From an uncultured Candidatus Rokubacteria bacterium (lineage in GTDB: Bacteria > Methylomirabilota > Methylomirabilia > Rokubacteriales > DASRDR01): a stretch of 64,000 nt of DNA. The number at the start of each line of letters is the position of its first letter. Position 1 is the first letter of the stretch. Shown in pieces: positions 28,956-39,067 of this stretch. Made by a program: the position numbers and the translations under genes. The notes beneath the pieces are model-generated. The model saw only the letters and a program-made list of their open reading frames with translations. It had not been told where the DNA came from and ran no database searches. Where the stretch lies: the NCBI GenBank assembly GCA_963826115.1, contig CAWGVS010000004.1, forward strand, positions 64,001-128,000. The letters run 5' to 3'.

Positions 28956-29041
28956 GGCGCCCCATTGTACGGGCACGGGTCGGGAGGCGGCAAGAAGCGG
29001 CGCGCCCTCGCCGCGGCGCGCCTCGGGGTGAGGGAGACGGT

Positions 29042-29704
29042 ATGCAGGTGACGGGGCTCCTGTTCGACGCGTACGGGACGCTCTTCGACGTCCACTCGGT
29101 CGTCGAGGCGGGGCGGGCTGTGACGACGGACCCCCAGGCGCTGTCGGCGCTCTGGCGCCAGAAGCAACTCGAGTACACGTGGCTCCGGAGCCTGATGGGG
29201 CGGTACGAGGACTTCTGGAGCGTCACCGAGTCGGCGCTCGCATTCGCGTGCCGGCGTCTCGGCCTCCAGCCGAGCGACGCCGAGCGGCGCCGGCTGATGG
29301 ACGCCTACCTGACCCTCCAGGCGTTCCCCGAGGTGCGCGCGGCGCTGACCCGTCTCCGCGACCTGCCCGGCGCCATCCTCTCCAACGGCTCGCCGCGCAT
29401 GCTGGAGGCCGTCGTCGACCACAACGACCTGCGGGGCCAGCTCGCGACGATCCTGAGCGTCGACGCGGTCCGGACGTTCAAGCCGCACCCGGCCGTCTAC
29501 GCGCTGGGGCCGGCGCGACTCCGCATCGCGCGCGGGTCGATCGGCTTCGTCTCCTCCAACGGGTGGGACGTGGCCGGGGCGAAAGCGTTCGGCTTCCAGG
29601 TCGTGTGGGTGAACCGCCAGGGGGCGCCGCTCGAGGAGCTCGGCGTGACGCCCGACCTCGAGGTGCGGGACCTCGCGGAGCTGGCGGCGGCGCTCGGGCG
29701 GTAA
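29042..29704 (+). CDS. Haloacid dehalogenase type II (L-2-haloacid dehalogenase-like)
   Basis: FDAYGTLFDV, WRQKQLEYTW, ILSNG, FKPHPAVY, FVSSNGWDVAGA. Confidence 0.93.
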   Translation: MQVTGLLFDAYGTLFDVHSVVEAGRAVTTDPQALSALWRQKQLEYTWLRSLMGRYEDFWSVTESALAFACRRLGLQPSDAERRRLMDAYLTLQAFPEVRAALTRLRDLPGAILSNGSPRMLEAVVDHNDLRGQLATILSVDAVRTFKPHPAVYALGPARLRIARGSIGFVSSNGWDVAGAKAFGFQVVWVNRQGAPLEELGVTPDLEVRDLAELAAALGR

Positions 29705-29747
29705 CCGGAGGCCCGCCGTTGACGTGGCACGAGAGCCGGGGCCGCCG

Positions 29748-30356
29748 ATGATCGACGCAGTGGTCTTCGACATGGACGACGTGCTGTGCCGGTACCGCAT
29801 CGAGCGGCGCCTGGCCCTTCTCGGGTCCTGGAGCGGCCGGCGCCCCGACGCAATCTACGACGCCATCTGGCGATCGGGATTCGAGGACGAGGCCGAGGCG
29901 GGCGCCTACGATGCGGACGCCTACCTCCGGGAGTTCAACGCGCGCCTCGGATACCCCCTGACCGCGGAGCAGTGGGTCGCCGCCCGCCGCACGGCGACGG
30001 AGCCCGACGAGGCCGTCCTCGCGATCGCGCGGCGGCTCGCGCGCCGCGGGCCGGTCGCGATGTTCACGAACAACCCGCTGCTCCTGAAGCGCCACATCGG
30101 CGAGGTGTTCCCGGCGGTGGTGGAGATCTTCGGCGAGCGCGCGATCTTCTCCGCCGAGCTCGGTCGCCGCAAGCCGGACCCGGAGGCGTTCCGCCGGCTG
30201 GCGCGGCGGCTGGGCGTCGCGCCCGCGCGCGTCCTGTTCTTCGACGACAACGCCGACTACGTCGCCGGCGCCTCCGAGGCGGGGATCACGGCGTATCGCT
30301 TCACCGGCGCGTCGGCCGTCCAGGACCGCCTGGCCGCGCACGCCGTCGAGGCGTAG
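29748..30356 (+). CDS. HAD-superfamily phosphatase (YihX-like)
   Basis: VVFDMDDVL (DxD), FTNN, RKPDP, FFDD. Confidence 0.88.
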   Translation: MIDAVVFDMDDVLCRYRIERRLALLGSWSGRRPDAIYDAIWRSGFEDEAEAGAYDADAYLREFNARLGYPLTAEQWVAARRTATEPDEAVLAIARRLARRGPVAMFTNNPLLLKRHIGEVFPAVVEIFGERAIFSAELGRRKPDPEAFRRLARRLGVAPARVLFFDDNADYVAGASEAGITAYRFTGASAVQDRLAAHAVEA

Positions 30357-30373
30357 GCCCGACGCGGATTCCG

Positions 30374-30991
30374 CTACTCGCGCGCCTTGCGGGCGCGCGC
30401 CGACTGCATGGTCTCGCGCGGCCGTCCCCCCAGACGCTCCTCGCGCCAGGGGTCGCCGTGCATGTGGTACCCGTAGCCCTCCCAGAAGCCGGGACGGTCC
30501 TCCTCCATCAGCTCGAAGCCCGTGACCCACTTGGCGCTCTTCCAGAAGTAGAGGTGCGGCACGACCAGGCGCACCGGGCCGCCGTGGTCGGCGGGAAGGG
30601 GGCGCCCGTCGTGGTGCGTGGCCAGCACGACGTCGTCGTCGAGGAGGGCCTCGAGCGGCAAGTTGGTCGTGTAGTCGGGCTCGGCGTGGACCATCACGTA
30701 CCGGGCTGACGGCCGGGGACGCGTCTCGGCCAGGAGGTCCCGCGGCGGGATGCCGCGCCACCGGTTGTCGAGGCGGGTCCAGCGGGTCACGCAGTGGACG
30801 TCCGACCGGCTCTCGATCGGCGACAGGGCCGAGAACTCCGCCCACGTCCACGTGCGCGGGCGCTCGACGGCGCCGAAGATCCGGAAGCGCCAGCGCGTCG
30901 TGTCGACCTCCGGCGTGTCGCCGTACGTCAGGACGGGCCACTTGACCGTCACGATCTGGCCCGGCGGCACGCGGTCGCGCGGCGTTGTCAC
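30374..30991 (-). CDS. Sulfite-oxidase-family molybdopterin oxidoreductase (YuiH-like, no signal peptide)
   Basis: PPGQ, DVHCVTRW (Mo-ligating Cys), YTTNLPL, HGGPVRLVVP, YFWKSAKW, GFWE..GYH..GDPW. Confidence 0.92.
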   Translation of the reverse strand: MTTPRDRVPPGQIVTVKWPVLTYGDTPEVDTTRWRFRIFGAVERPRTWTWAEFSALSPIESRSDVHCVTRWTRLDNRWRGIPPRDLLAETRPRPSARYVMVHAEPDYTTNLPLEALLDDDVVLATHHDGRPLPADHGGPVRLVVPHLYFWKSAKWVTGFELMEEDRPGFWEGYGYHMHGDPWREERLGGRPRETMQSARARKARE

Positions 30992-31010
30992 GGGCCCGAT
31001 TCCTCCGGGC

Positions 31011-32594
31011 TCACGCCTCGCCCGGTCCGAGCGGCGCCACCGTCGCCGCGGCCAGCGGCAGGCCCGTCGGCGCCGGCCGGCGCGCGCCGGGTCCGACGGC
31101 CGTCACGAAGATCGCGTCCTGGCCGCGCGCATCCGGCTCGAAGAACCGGACGACCTCGTCGTCGTAGAAGGTGAGCCCCGTGGCGCCGAATCCGACTCCG
31201 TACGCGCCGAGGTACAGGCGCCCGCCGACGAGCCCGGCGGCGAGATTGACCGCCCGGTACCCGCGGCTGCCCCATCGCCCGAGGACGGCGTCCAGGTCGG
31301 ACAGGAAGAACGCCACCGCGCTCGCGTCCGCCCCGAGCGGCTGCTCGAGGCAGAGCTCGCCGCCTTCCCGGCGGAACTCGCCGGGCCGGAGGAGCCGGAG
31401 GGCCCGCCGCTCCGCGTCCCACCGATACGCGCCCGGCGCGAGCCCCTCGACGGCGTGGACCAGGAGATAGGTCTCGACGAGCCGCTCGGGCTCGCCGAGG
31501 TCGAGGGGGAGCGGACGGTGTGCCGCGTCCAGGATCGCGGCGAAGCGGGCGCCGTCGATCGTCTCCCGTCGGAACTGCCGGGTCGACCCGCGCCGCAGGA
31601 TCGTCTCGCCGAGAGGCCGGGACGGTTGATCGGGAGGCGGCAACGCCGCCGCATCCGGCTCGAGCCCGCCGTGGCCGAGCCACGCCCGCGCGGCGGCGCC
31701 GTCGGCGAGCGACGAGGCCTCGTAGGCCGCGCGGATCAGGGGGTAGGTCTCCTCGTGGGCCGAGAGGGGCAGGGAAGCGAGCGAGAGGGGCGGGACGGGC
31801 GCGGGGGCCGGCGCGGGGCCGGCGCCACGCCCGAGCGGCACCAGCGCGAGCGCGCCCTCGCGCGCGGCGTCGAGTCCCAGGAGCGCGTTCACCAGGGGAT
31901 CGGCGAACCCGAGGAGGCCGCGCGCGGAGACGTCCCCGGCCGCCGCGATCGCGAGGACGTTCGCCAGCAGCGTTCCCGCGTCCCAGAAGAAGTGACGGAA
32001 CGCCCGCGCCCGGTATTTCCAGGTGTTCCGCCAGTGGATCGCGGTCAGGATGACCGTGGCGGGCGCGTCGGCGACGAGGTCCTTTCGACTGGCCGCGTCG
32101 GCGAGCGTCCCGCGATGGTCGCCCACCCGGAGCCGCCGGAGTGCGAAGTCCCCCGGGCAGAAGTGATAGACGCCCGGCTCGAGGCCCGGCACGGCGCCCG
32201 CGACCACGTAGATCTCGGTCTGGTAGAGGGCGCCCGTGGACGCCGCGGCGCGGAAGTGCATCGTCTCGCCGCCCGCGTAGACCTTCCGCTTCGTGAGGCC
32301 CGCCGAGAAGAAGAGGATCTGCCCGAGCGCGGTCAGGTCGACGGCGCCCCGCCCGTCGGGCGCGCCGCTGCGCGCGACCGCCGCCAGGGCGGGGAGCGGC
32401 GGCGGCGGCACCTCGCGCGGCAGCGGCACCGCCGGGGCGTCCGGATACACCTTGAAGAGGAACGGCTTGTTCCCCCAGTCGAGGACGTGCGGGTCGAGAC
32501 GGACGCTGGCCCGGGAGTGCTTCGTGGCTTCGTGATACGCGCGAGCATCGCCGGGGCCCGCCGACAGGCGGCCGGCCCCGGGCGGAACGGTCAC
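31011..32594 (-). CDS. SagB/ThcOx-family dehydrogenase with two nitroreductase domains
   Basis: YHEATKHS, FKVY, RAAASTGALY, WKYRARAFR..FWDAG, second domain ILRRGSTRQF...RGYR...AG; GTGA-coupled to the upstream gene. Confidence 0.85.
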   Translation of the reverse strand: MTVPPGAGRLSAGPGDARAYHEATKHSRASVRLDPHVLDWGNKPFLFKVYPDAPAVPLPREVPPPPLPALAAVARSGAPDGRGAVDLTALGQILFFSAGLTKRKVYAGGETMHFRAAASTGALYQTEIYVVAGAVPGLEPGVYHFCPGDFALRRLRVGDHRGTLADAASRKDLVADAPATVILTAIHWRNTWKYRARAFRHFFWDAGTLLANVLAIAAAGDVSARGLLGFADPLVNALLGLDAAREGALALVPLGRGAGPAPAPAPVPPLSLASLPLSAHEETYPLIRAAYEASSLADGAAARAWLGHGGLEPDAAALPPPDQPSRPLGETILRRGSTRQFRRETIDGARFAAILDAAHRPLPLDLGEPERLVETYLLVHAVEGLAPGAYRWDAERRALRLLRPGEFRREGGELCLEQPLGADASAVAFFLSDLDAVLGRWGSRGYRAVNLAAGLVGGRLYLGAYGVGFGATGLTFYDDEVVRFFEPDARGQDAIFVTAVGPGARRPAPTGLPLAAATVAPLGPGEA

Positions 32595-32857
32595 CCGCGG
32601 AGGCGCGGGCGTGGCGGCGGTCCCGCTCCCGGCGGCCGGGGACGCGCCGCGGCGGCGGCCGCCCGGGACGTCTCGCGGAACTCGGTGGGGTCGCGGTCGA
32701 TCTTGCCTCCGACCGGCGTCCCGCACTGCTGGCAGACGTAGTCGTACTTGTTGCCGGTCGGGAGCACGAGCAGGAGCTTCTTGCGAACCGGCATCGCGCG
32801 CCGGCAAGAGCCGCAGAAGAGGCTCTCGGCCTCGAACTCCCGGTACGCGTCGCTCAT
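32591..32857 (-). CDS. Small Zn-ribbon protein (CxxC...CxxC)
   Basis: LFCGSCRRAMPVRKKLLLVLP..YVCQQCG. TACAAT lies 6 nt before the ATG (leaderless). Confidence 0.8.
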   Translation of the reverse strand: MSDAYREFEAESLFCGSCRRAMPVRKKLLLVLPTGNKYDYVCQQCGTPVGGKIDRDPTEFRETSRAAAAAARPRPPGAGPPPRPRLRG

Positions 32858-32890
32858 GGCCTCATTGTAGTCCAGGCGCCGCGGCGGCGC

Positions 32891-33895
32891 TCAGCTCTGG
32901 CGTGGCGTGAGCGCGAGCATCCGCAGCGGGGACCCCGACGCCCCGCGGATTCGCAGCGGTGGGACGACGAGACAGCAGAGGTGGACGCGCGCCGCACCGA
33001 GGTCCTCGAGGTTCGCATTCTCGACGAGATAGATGCCGTTGTCCGCGATCATCAGCATGTGGACGGGGAACAGCTCCTTGCCGTGCACGGCGGGGCGCAC
33101 CTCGTAGGTCGCGGTGTCCGTGCCGGTGAGCCGCACGCCCTGCGCGACCAGCCACCCCCCCGCGTCCACGCCCGGCCCCGGCGACTTCTCCCCGAGATAG
33201 CGGGCGTTGTCCTTGCCGAAGTACTGGCCCCAGCCGGTCCGGATCAGGACCGAGTCCCCGCGCGTCACGCGCACTCCGTGGGCGCGGGCGGCGTCCTCGA
33301 GGTGCTTCGCGGTGATCTCGAAGCCGGGCGGCAGAGGATCGGCGCTCCCCCCGGCGACCACCCGCGCGACGTCGAGCAGCACGCCCCGCGAGAGCAGGAG
33401 GTCGCGCGGGAAGGCCTCGATGCCGAGGTCGTTTCCGATGCCGTCCGGCCGGCTGGTCGCCTGGACCGCATCCACGCCGCCGTGGAGCTTCAGATTCCGG
33501 CCGATGTGCCCGATGGCGTCGATCGTGGGGGCCCCGTGCTGGCCCGAGAAGTAGAGCATCTCCGAGGTCCACGAGACCTGGCTGCCCGGCGCCGACCCGT
33601 AGATCTCGTGGGTCTGGCGATGGGTGGCGTTGAGCGCGAAGGCATACGGCGGGTTCAGCGAGAGGACGGGCGAGGTCTGGTCCCAGGTGAACCCGAGGTC
33701 GAACACGCGCGCGGCACGGACGCCGCTGATGAAGGCCTCGACATTGACCAGCTCGGGCCCCTGGGCGGCAGCGTCCGTCGCGAGCGTCGACGCCGCCGCG
33801 GCCACGCCACCGAGGAACGCGCGGCGCGAGACGTCGCTCTCCGGCGCGGCCGCCGGGGTGGGACGGACGGGGTGACCTTCCGGGGGTGGATTCAT
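32891..33895 (-). CDS. Cyclase-family (kynurenine formamidase-like) metal hydrolase with a Tat signal
   Basis: SRRAFLGG twin-arginine motif, IDAIGH, RGVLLDV, GDSVLIRTGW, GTDT, H...GIYLVEN, PL.I.GASGSP. Confidence 0.85.
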   Translation of the reverse strand: MNPPPEGHPVRPTPAAAPESDVSRRAFLGGVAAAASTLATDAAAQGPELVNVEAFISGVRAARVFDLGFTWDQTSPVLSLNPPYAFALNATHRQTHEIYGSAPGSQVSWTSEMLYFSGQHGAPTIDAIGHIGRNLKLHGGVDAVQATSRPDGIGNDLGIEAFPRDLLLSRGVLLDVARVVAGGSADPLPPGFEITAKHLEDAARAHGVRVTRGDSVLIRTGWGQYFGKDNARYLGEKSPGPGVDAGGWLVAQGVRLTGTDTATYEVRPAVHGKELFPVHMLMIADNGIYLVENANLEDLGAARVHLCCLVVPPLRIRGASGSPLRMLALTPRQS

Positions 33896-33941
33896 GGCGC
33901 CCTCCTCCGTCGCCGCCCGGCCGCAGGGCGACCGGGGCGAC

Positions 33942-34511
33942 CTAGAAGCTCGCTCCTCCGAGCAGCCGCAGCACGACGAGGCCGAAGAGGAGCAGGCCGA
34001 CGGCGGCGGCGACCAGCGTCCGCCAGTTGCCCAGGCCGATCGACCGCTTCTCCTGCGCCTTGGGCCGCGTGCGGCGCTCCGGCAGGAGCATCTCGGCGGT
34101 GCTCGCGGGAGCGAGACGCAGCAGCGGGGGCGCGACCCCGAGCCCGTGGATGCCCTGGCGCGCCGATTCCGCCTCGTCGGCGGTGAGCGCCAGGAAGGTC
34201 ACGAACGTGCCGTGCGCGAGGTCGTCCTGGACCTCGGTCAGCGCGTGCGCGGGCGCGCGCTCCACGACCCACTTGGCGACCCGGTAGCGGAGCCGCTCGT
34301 CCGGCAGGCGGGCGAAGGACAGCGCGTAGGGCTGCTTGGTCCCGGGCGAGACGGCGACGGCAGCGACCGCGGGGGTCGCGGGGACGGTCGCCGCGGGCGA
34401 GGGCGTCCCCGCACCGTTACCGGTCGCATGGGCCGGCGCCATCCGGGCGCCGCACGCCATGCAGAAGACGCTCTGGTCCGGAACCGCCGTCCGGCACTTC
34501 GGGCAGGTCAC
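33942..34511 (-). CDS. Zinc-ribbon protein with a C-terminal membrane anchor
   Basis: TCPKC...FCMACG at the N-terminus and TM LVAAAVGLLLFGLVVL at the C-terminus. Confidence 0.72.
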   Translation of the reverse strand: MTCPKCRTAVPDQSVFCMACGARMAPAHATGNGAGTPSPAATVPATPAVAAVAVSPGTKQPYALSFARLPDERLRYRVAKWVVERAPAHALTEVQDDLAHGTFVTFLALTADEAESARQGIHGLGVAPPLLRLAPASTAEMLLPERRTRPKAQEKRSIGLGNWRTLVAAAVGLLLFGLVVLRLLGGASF

Positions 34512-34533
34512 GGCCGCGCCACCGGGCTCCGGG

Positions 34534-35881
<1,348 letters not shown>

Positions 35882-35935
35882 GGTCGCCTCCCGGAGGTCA
35901 GAGGCCCCGCTGGTCGAATGAACGCCGTCAGGGTA

Positions 35936-36157
35936 TCACGGCCCGACGGCCCGGATTCGCTCTGGCAGGCCTTCGAGCCACTCGGCGAGCGGCGCGTCGG
36001 CGTCCAGGACGATCTCGAGCTTGCCGCTCGGGAGGCGCCGGACCCGCCCGGGCCGTCCGGGGCCCAGCGGGATGACGAGCGCTTCACGGGAAATGCCGAG
36101 CGCGTCGGTCACGGCGAAAACGGCGTGGATCTCGGCGAGCGTCACCCGTTCGAGCAT
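35936..36157 (-). CDS. Small hypothetical protein
   Basis: 73-aa ORF with protein-like composition (IHAVFAVTDALGISREALVIPL...GKLEIV), co-oriented and filling the gap between neighbours. Confidence 0.65.
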   Translation of the reverse strand: MLERVTLAEIHAVFAVTDALGISREALVIPLGPGRPGRVRRLPSGKLEIVLDADAPLAEWLEGLPERIRAVGP

Positions 36158-36176
36158 GGGGTCGGCCCGGCCGTCC

Positions 36177-36943
36177 TCACTTCCGTTTCCGGAGAGCCTG
36201 GGCGGTGAGGCCGCCCGGGACCGCCTGCATCATGGCCTGGTACCAGATGTTCGCCATCACCCGGTAGCCCTGCTCGTTCGGGTGGATCGGGTCCCGGTCG
36301 GGGGAGATGCCGAAGAGCTCGCGCTGGTTCATGCCGTCGAAGATCTCGGCGACGACGACGCCGCTCGCGGCCGCGAGGCTTTGGATTTGGGGGTTGAGCT
36401 GCGCGATGACGTCATCGGCGCAGGGATTGTTGCGGAAGCTCGGCGGGATGGTGCCGATGATCGGGATCGTCTGGTTGGCCTGGGCCGCCCGGACCATGCT
36501 GGCGAGGTTGTTGAGGGCGGCGCGGCTGTCCATGCACTGGTGGGCGTCGTTGGTGCCCTCCAGGATCAGGACGAAGCCCGGGCGGTCGATCCGCAGGATG
36601 GACCCGATGCGCGCGGCGCCCTCGCCCGTGTGCTCCCCGCCGACCCCGCGGTTGACCACCTGCCATGCCGGGTCGAGGCCGCGCAGCTGACCCTGGAGGA
36701 TGTTCGGGTAGTTGTTGCCAGTGGTGAGCCGGAACCCCCGCCGCTGGAGGTCGAGAAAGCCGGCCGTGATGCTGTCGCCGAACGCCGTGACCTTCCTGGA
36801 GTTGTTGTTCCCGAAGTCGAAGTTGGACGCCGTCTGCGACGACGAGCTCGTCGAGCTGCTGCTCCCCCCCCGCAGCCGGCGGCGGCCACGAGGAGGACGA
36901 GCCCAAGGCAGACATCACGGATCAGACGCGCGCGACGGATCAT
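36177..36943 (-). CDS. SGNH/GDSL hydrolase lipoprotein, frameshifted at a G8 tract (36864-36871)
   Basis: RBS AGGAGG, ATG 36943 coupled to the GT2 stop, lipobox AAGC. With G9 the frame continues SSSSTSSS...AFGDSIT (block I), NRGVGG (II), EGTND (III), DPIHP (V). Confidence 0.85.
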
Positions 36944-37899
36944 GACGAACCTCCTGAGATGATTTCGCGGACCGTATACACGGGCTTCCGCTGCGACTCG
37001 TGATAAGTGCGGACAAGCATCTCGCCGAGGAGCCCGATCGACACGAACTGGAAGCCGACCAGGACCAGGAGGACGGCGAGCAGGAGGAGCGGGCGATTGG
37101 CCAACGCCATCTCGTGGAAGAGCTTCTGGTATGACAGAACGGCACCCAGCCCGATGCCGATCCCACCCAGGATCAGCCCCAGGAGCCCGAAGATCTGGAT
37201 AGGACGTGTCCAATAGCTCATCAGGAATTTGACCGTGAGGAGATCAAGCAAGACGCGTACCATGCGGCCCAGACCGTACTTCGATGCGCCGTGCCGGCGC
37301 GGCCAGTGGCTGACCGGAAGCTCGCCGACGGTGGCGCCGACCCAGCGGCACAGCGCGGGCAGGAACCGGTGCATCTCCCCGTACAGGGCGACGTCCTGCA
37401 GGATCTCGCGGCGATAGACCTTGAGGGCGCACCCGTAGTCGTGGAGGTGGACCCCGGTGATCCACGAGATGAGGCCGTTGGCGACCTGCGACGGGACCCG
37501 CCGCGACCAGAGCGGATCCTGCCGGTCATGCCGCCAGCCGCTCACGACGTCGTAGCCTTCCTTGAGCTTGTCGATCAGGCGGGGGATGTCCGCCGGGTCG
37601 TTCTGGCCGTCGCCGTCGAGGGTGATGACGAACGCGCCACGGGCCAGGTCGAAGCCGGCAGCCAGCGCCGCGGTCTGGCCGAAGTTCGCCCGCAGCTGGA
37701 CCACCCGCAGCGCGGGGAGCTCGAGCGTGAGGTCGCGCAGCCGCGCGCGCGTCAGGTCCGTCGATCCGTCGTCGACCACGATCAGCTCGTACGGCCGCCC
37801 CAGCCCCTCCATGACATCCCGCAGGGACACGAGCAGCGGCCGGACGTTGTCCTCCTCGTTGTAGACGGGGATGACGACGGAGTACGCGAGGTCCGTCAC
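36940..37899 (-). CDS. GT2 polyprenol-phosphate glycosyltransferase (ArnC/GtrB/DPM1-like, two C-terminal TMs)
   Basis: [49 protein letters not shown]. Confidence 0.93.
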   Translation of the reverse strand: MTDLAYSVVIPVYNEEDNVRPLLVSLRDVMEGLGRPYELIVVDDGSTDLTRARLRDLTLELPALRVVQLRANFGQTAALAAGFDLARGAFVITLDGDGQNDPADIPRLIDKLKEGYDVVSGWRHDRQDPLWSRRVPSQVANGLISWITGVHLHDYGCALKVYRREILQDVALYGEMHRFLPALCRWVGATVGELPVSHWPRRHGASKYGLGRMVRVLLDLLTVKFLMSYWTRPIQIFGLLGLILGGIGIGLGAVLSYQKLFHEMALANRPLLLLAVLLVLVGFQFVSIGLLGEMLVRTYHESQRKPVYTVREIISGGSS

Positions 37900-38870
37900 G
37901 CGCTTTTCTTGCCCGCGGTCCGGAGCTCGCCCAGGGTGAGGTTCAGGGCATTCAGGTAGGCGAGCCCCAGGAGGGTGATCGGGACGAAGTTCAGGAGGTG
38001 GTACACGATCGACACCGAGAGCGCCGTGTCGCGCGCGACGCCGACCAGGGCCAGGCCCTGGACGGTGCCCGCCTGGAACGGCCCGATGTATCCGGGGGCC
38101 GACGGGAGCACGATCGCGACCGCGATCACGCCGAGCAGCAGGAACGAGGCGTAGGCCGGCAGGTCAAGCGCGAAGGCGCGGAAGCTGGCCTGGACACCGG
38201 CGGCGTTGACCACCCAGATGACGACGGAGAGGAGCGCCGTCATGAGGAGCGCCCGGACGTCGCCCAGGATGTGGAGTCCGGCCCGGAACGACTCGAGGAG
38301 GTGTCGCGCCGGTCCCGCCAGACGATCCGGGAGGCGATCGAGGATCGCGGTGATGAGGCCGAGCCCCCGCCCGGTGCGGAGCGCGATGAGGGCGGCGAGG
38401 ACACCGAGGTACAGGGCGCACGTCAAGACCGCCGCCCAGACCAGGGTCCGGCTGGGCTGGAGGAAGGACAGGCCGCCCACCAGGAACAGGAGCAGCGTGA
38501 AGCCGTCGAAGATCCGCTCGATCACGATCGTCGCGAATGACAGCGAGGCCGGCAGCGCCTCAGTGCGACCGAGGGCATACGCCCGCACGAACTCCCCCAG
38601 CCGGGCCGGCAGGACGTTGTTGGCCATGAAGCCGATCATCGTGATCGCGAACAACCGGTGGACCCCCACCCGTTTCACGGGCCTGAGGAGGTATTGCCAG
38701 CGGACGGCGGTCAGCCAGAACCGCACGAAGATCGACGCGAGCGCCGGGACCAGCCAGACCGGCCGCACCTGGCGCAACTGGTGGAGCACTTCCTCCAGGC
38801 TCACCCCACGGACCGCTACCCAGAGGAGCAACGCGCTGACGGCTACCCCGAGCCACATCTTGCCTCGCAT
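37896..38870 (-). CDS. LPG-synthase-TM / UPF0104 flippase-like membrane protein
   Basis: RWQYLL, GFMANNVLPARLGEFVR, ERIFD, PSAPGYIGPF. Confidence 0.88.
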   Translation of the reverse strand: MRGKMWLGVAVSALLLWVAVRGVSLEEVLHQLRQVRPVWLVPALASIFVRFWLTAVRWQYLLRPVKRVGVHRLFAITMIGFMANNVLPARLGEFVRAYALGRTEALPASLSFATIVIERIFDGFTLLLFLVGGLSFLQPSRTLVWAAVLTCALYLGVLAALIALRTGRGLGLITAILDRLPDRLAGPARHLLESFRAGLHILGDVRALLMTALLSVVIWVVNAAGVQASFRAFALDLPAYASFLLLGVIAVAIVLPSAPGYIGPFQAGTVQGLALVGVARDTALSVSIVYHLLNFVPITLLGLAYLNALNLTLGELRTAGKKSA

Positions 38871-39067
38871 CGCTCACCGCGCGGGAGGCGGGTAGACCCC
38901 CATCCCGGGACACCCCTGCGGGGGGCGCCGATGCGAGCCTCCCCGTATCCGGGCATCCTGGCGCATCGTCAACCGAGGGAGTATACCCCCCCTCTCCGGG
39001 GCCGGCAACCGACCGCCCGGCCCGCCCTGGCCCCGCCGAGGGGGCTCCCTGGCCCGCGGCGGGCGGC

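Noticed and set aside
31011-32594. SagB-like gene as a thiazole/oxazole RiPP cluster
   Set aside because: No YcaO, E1-like protein or Cys/Ser/Thr-rich precursor nearby. The adjacent small ORF is a CxxC Zn ribbon.
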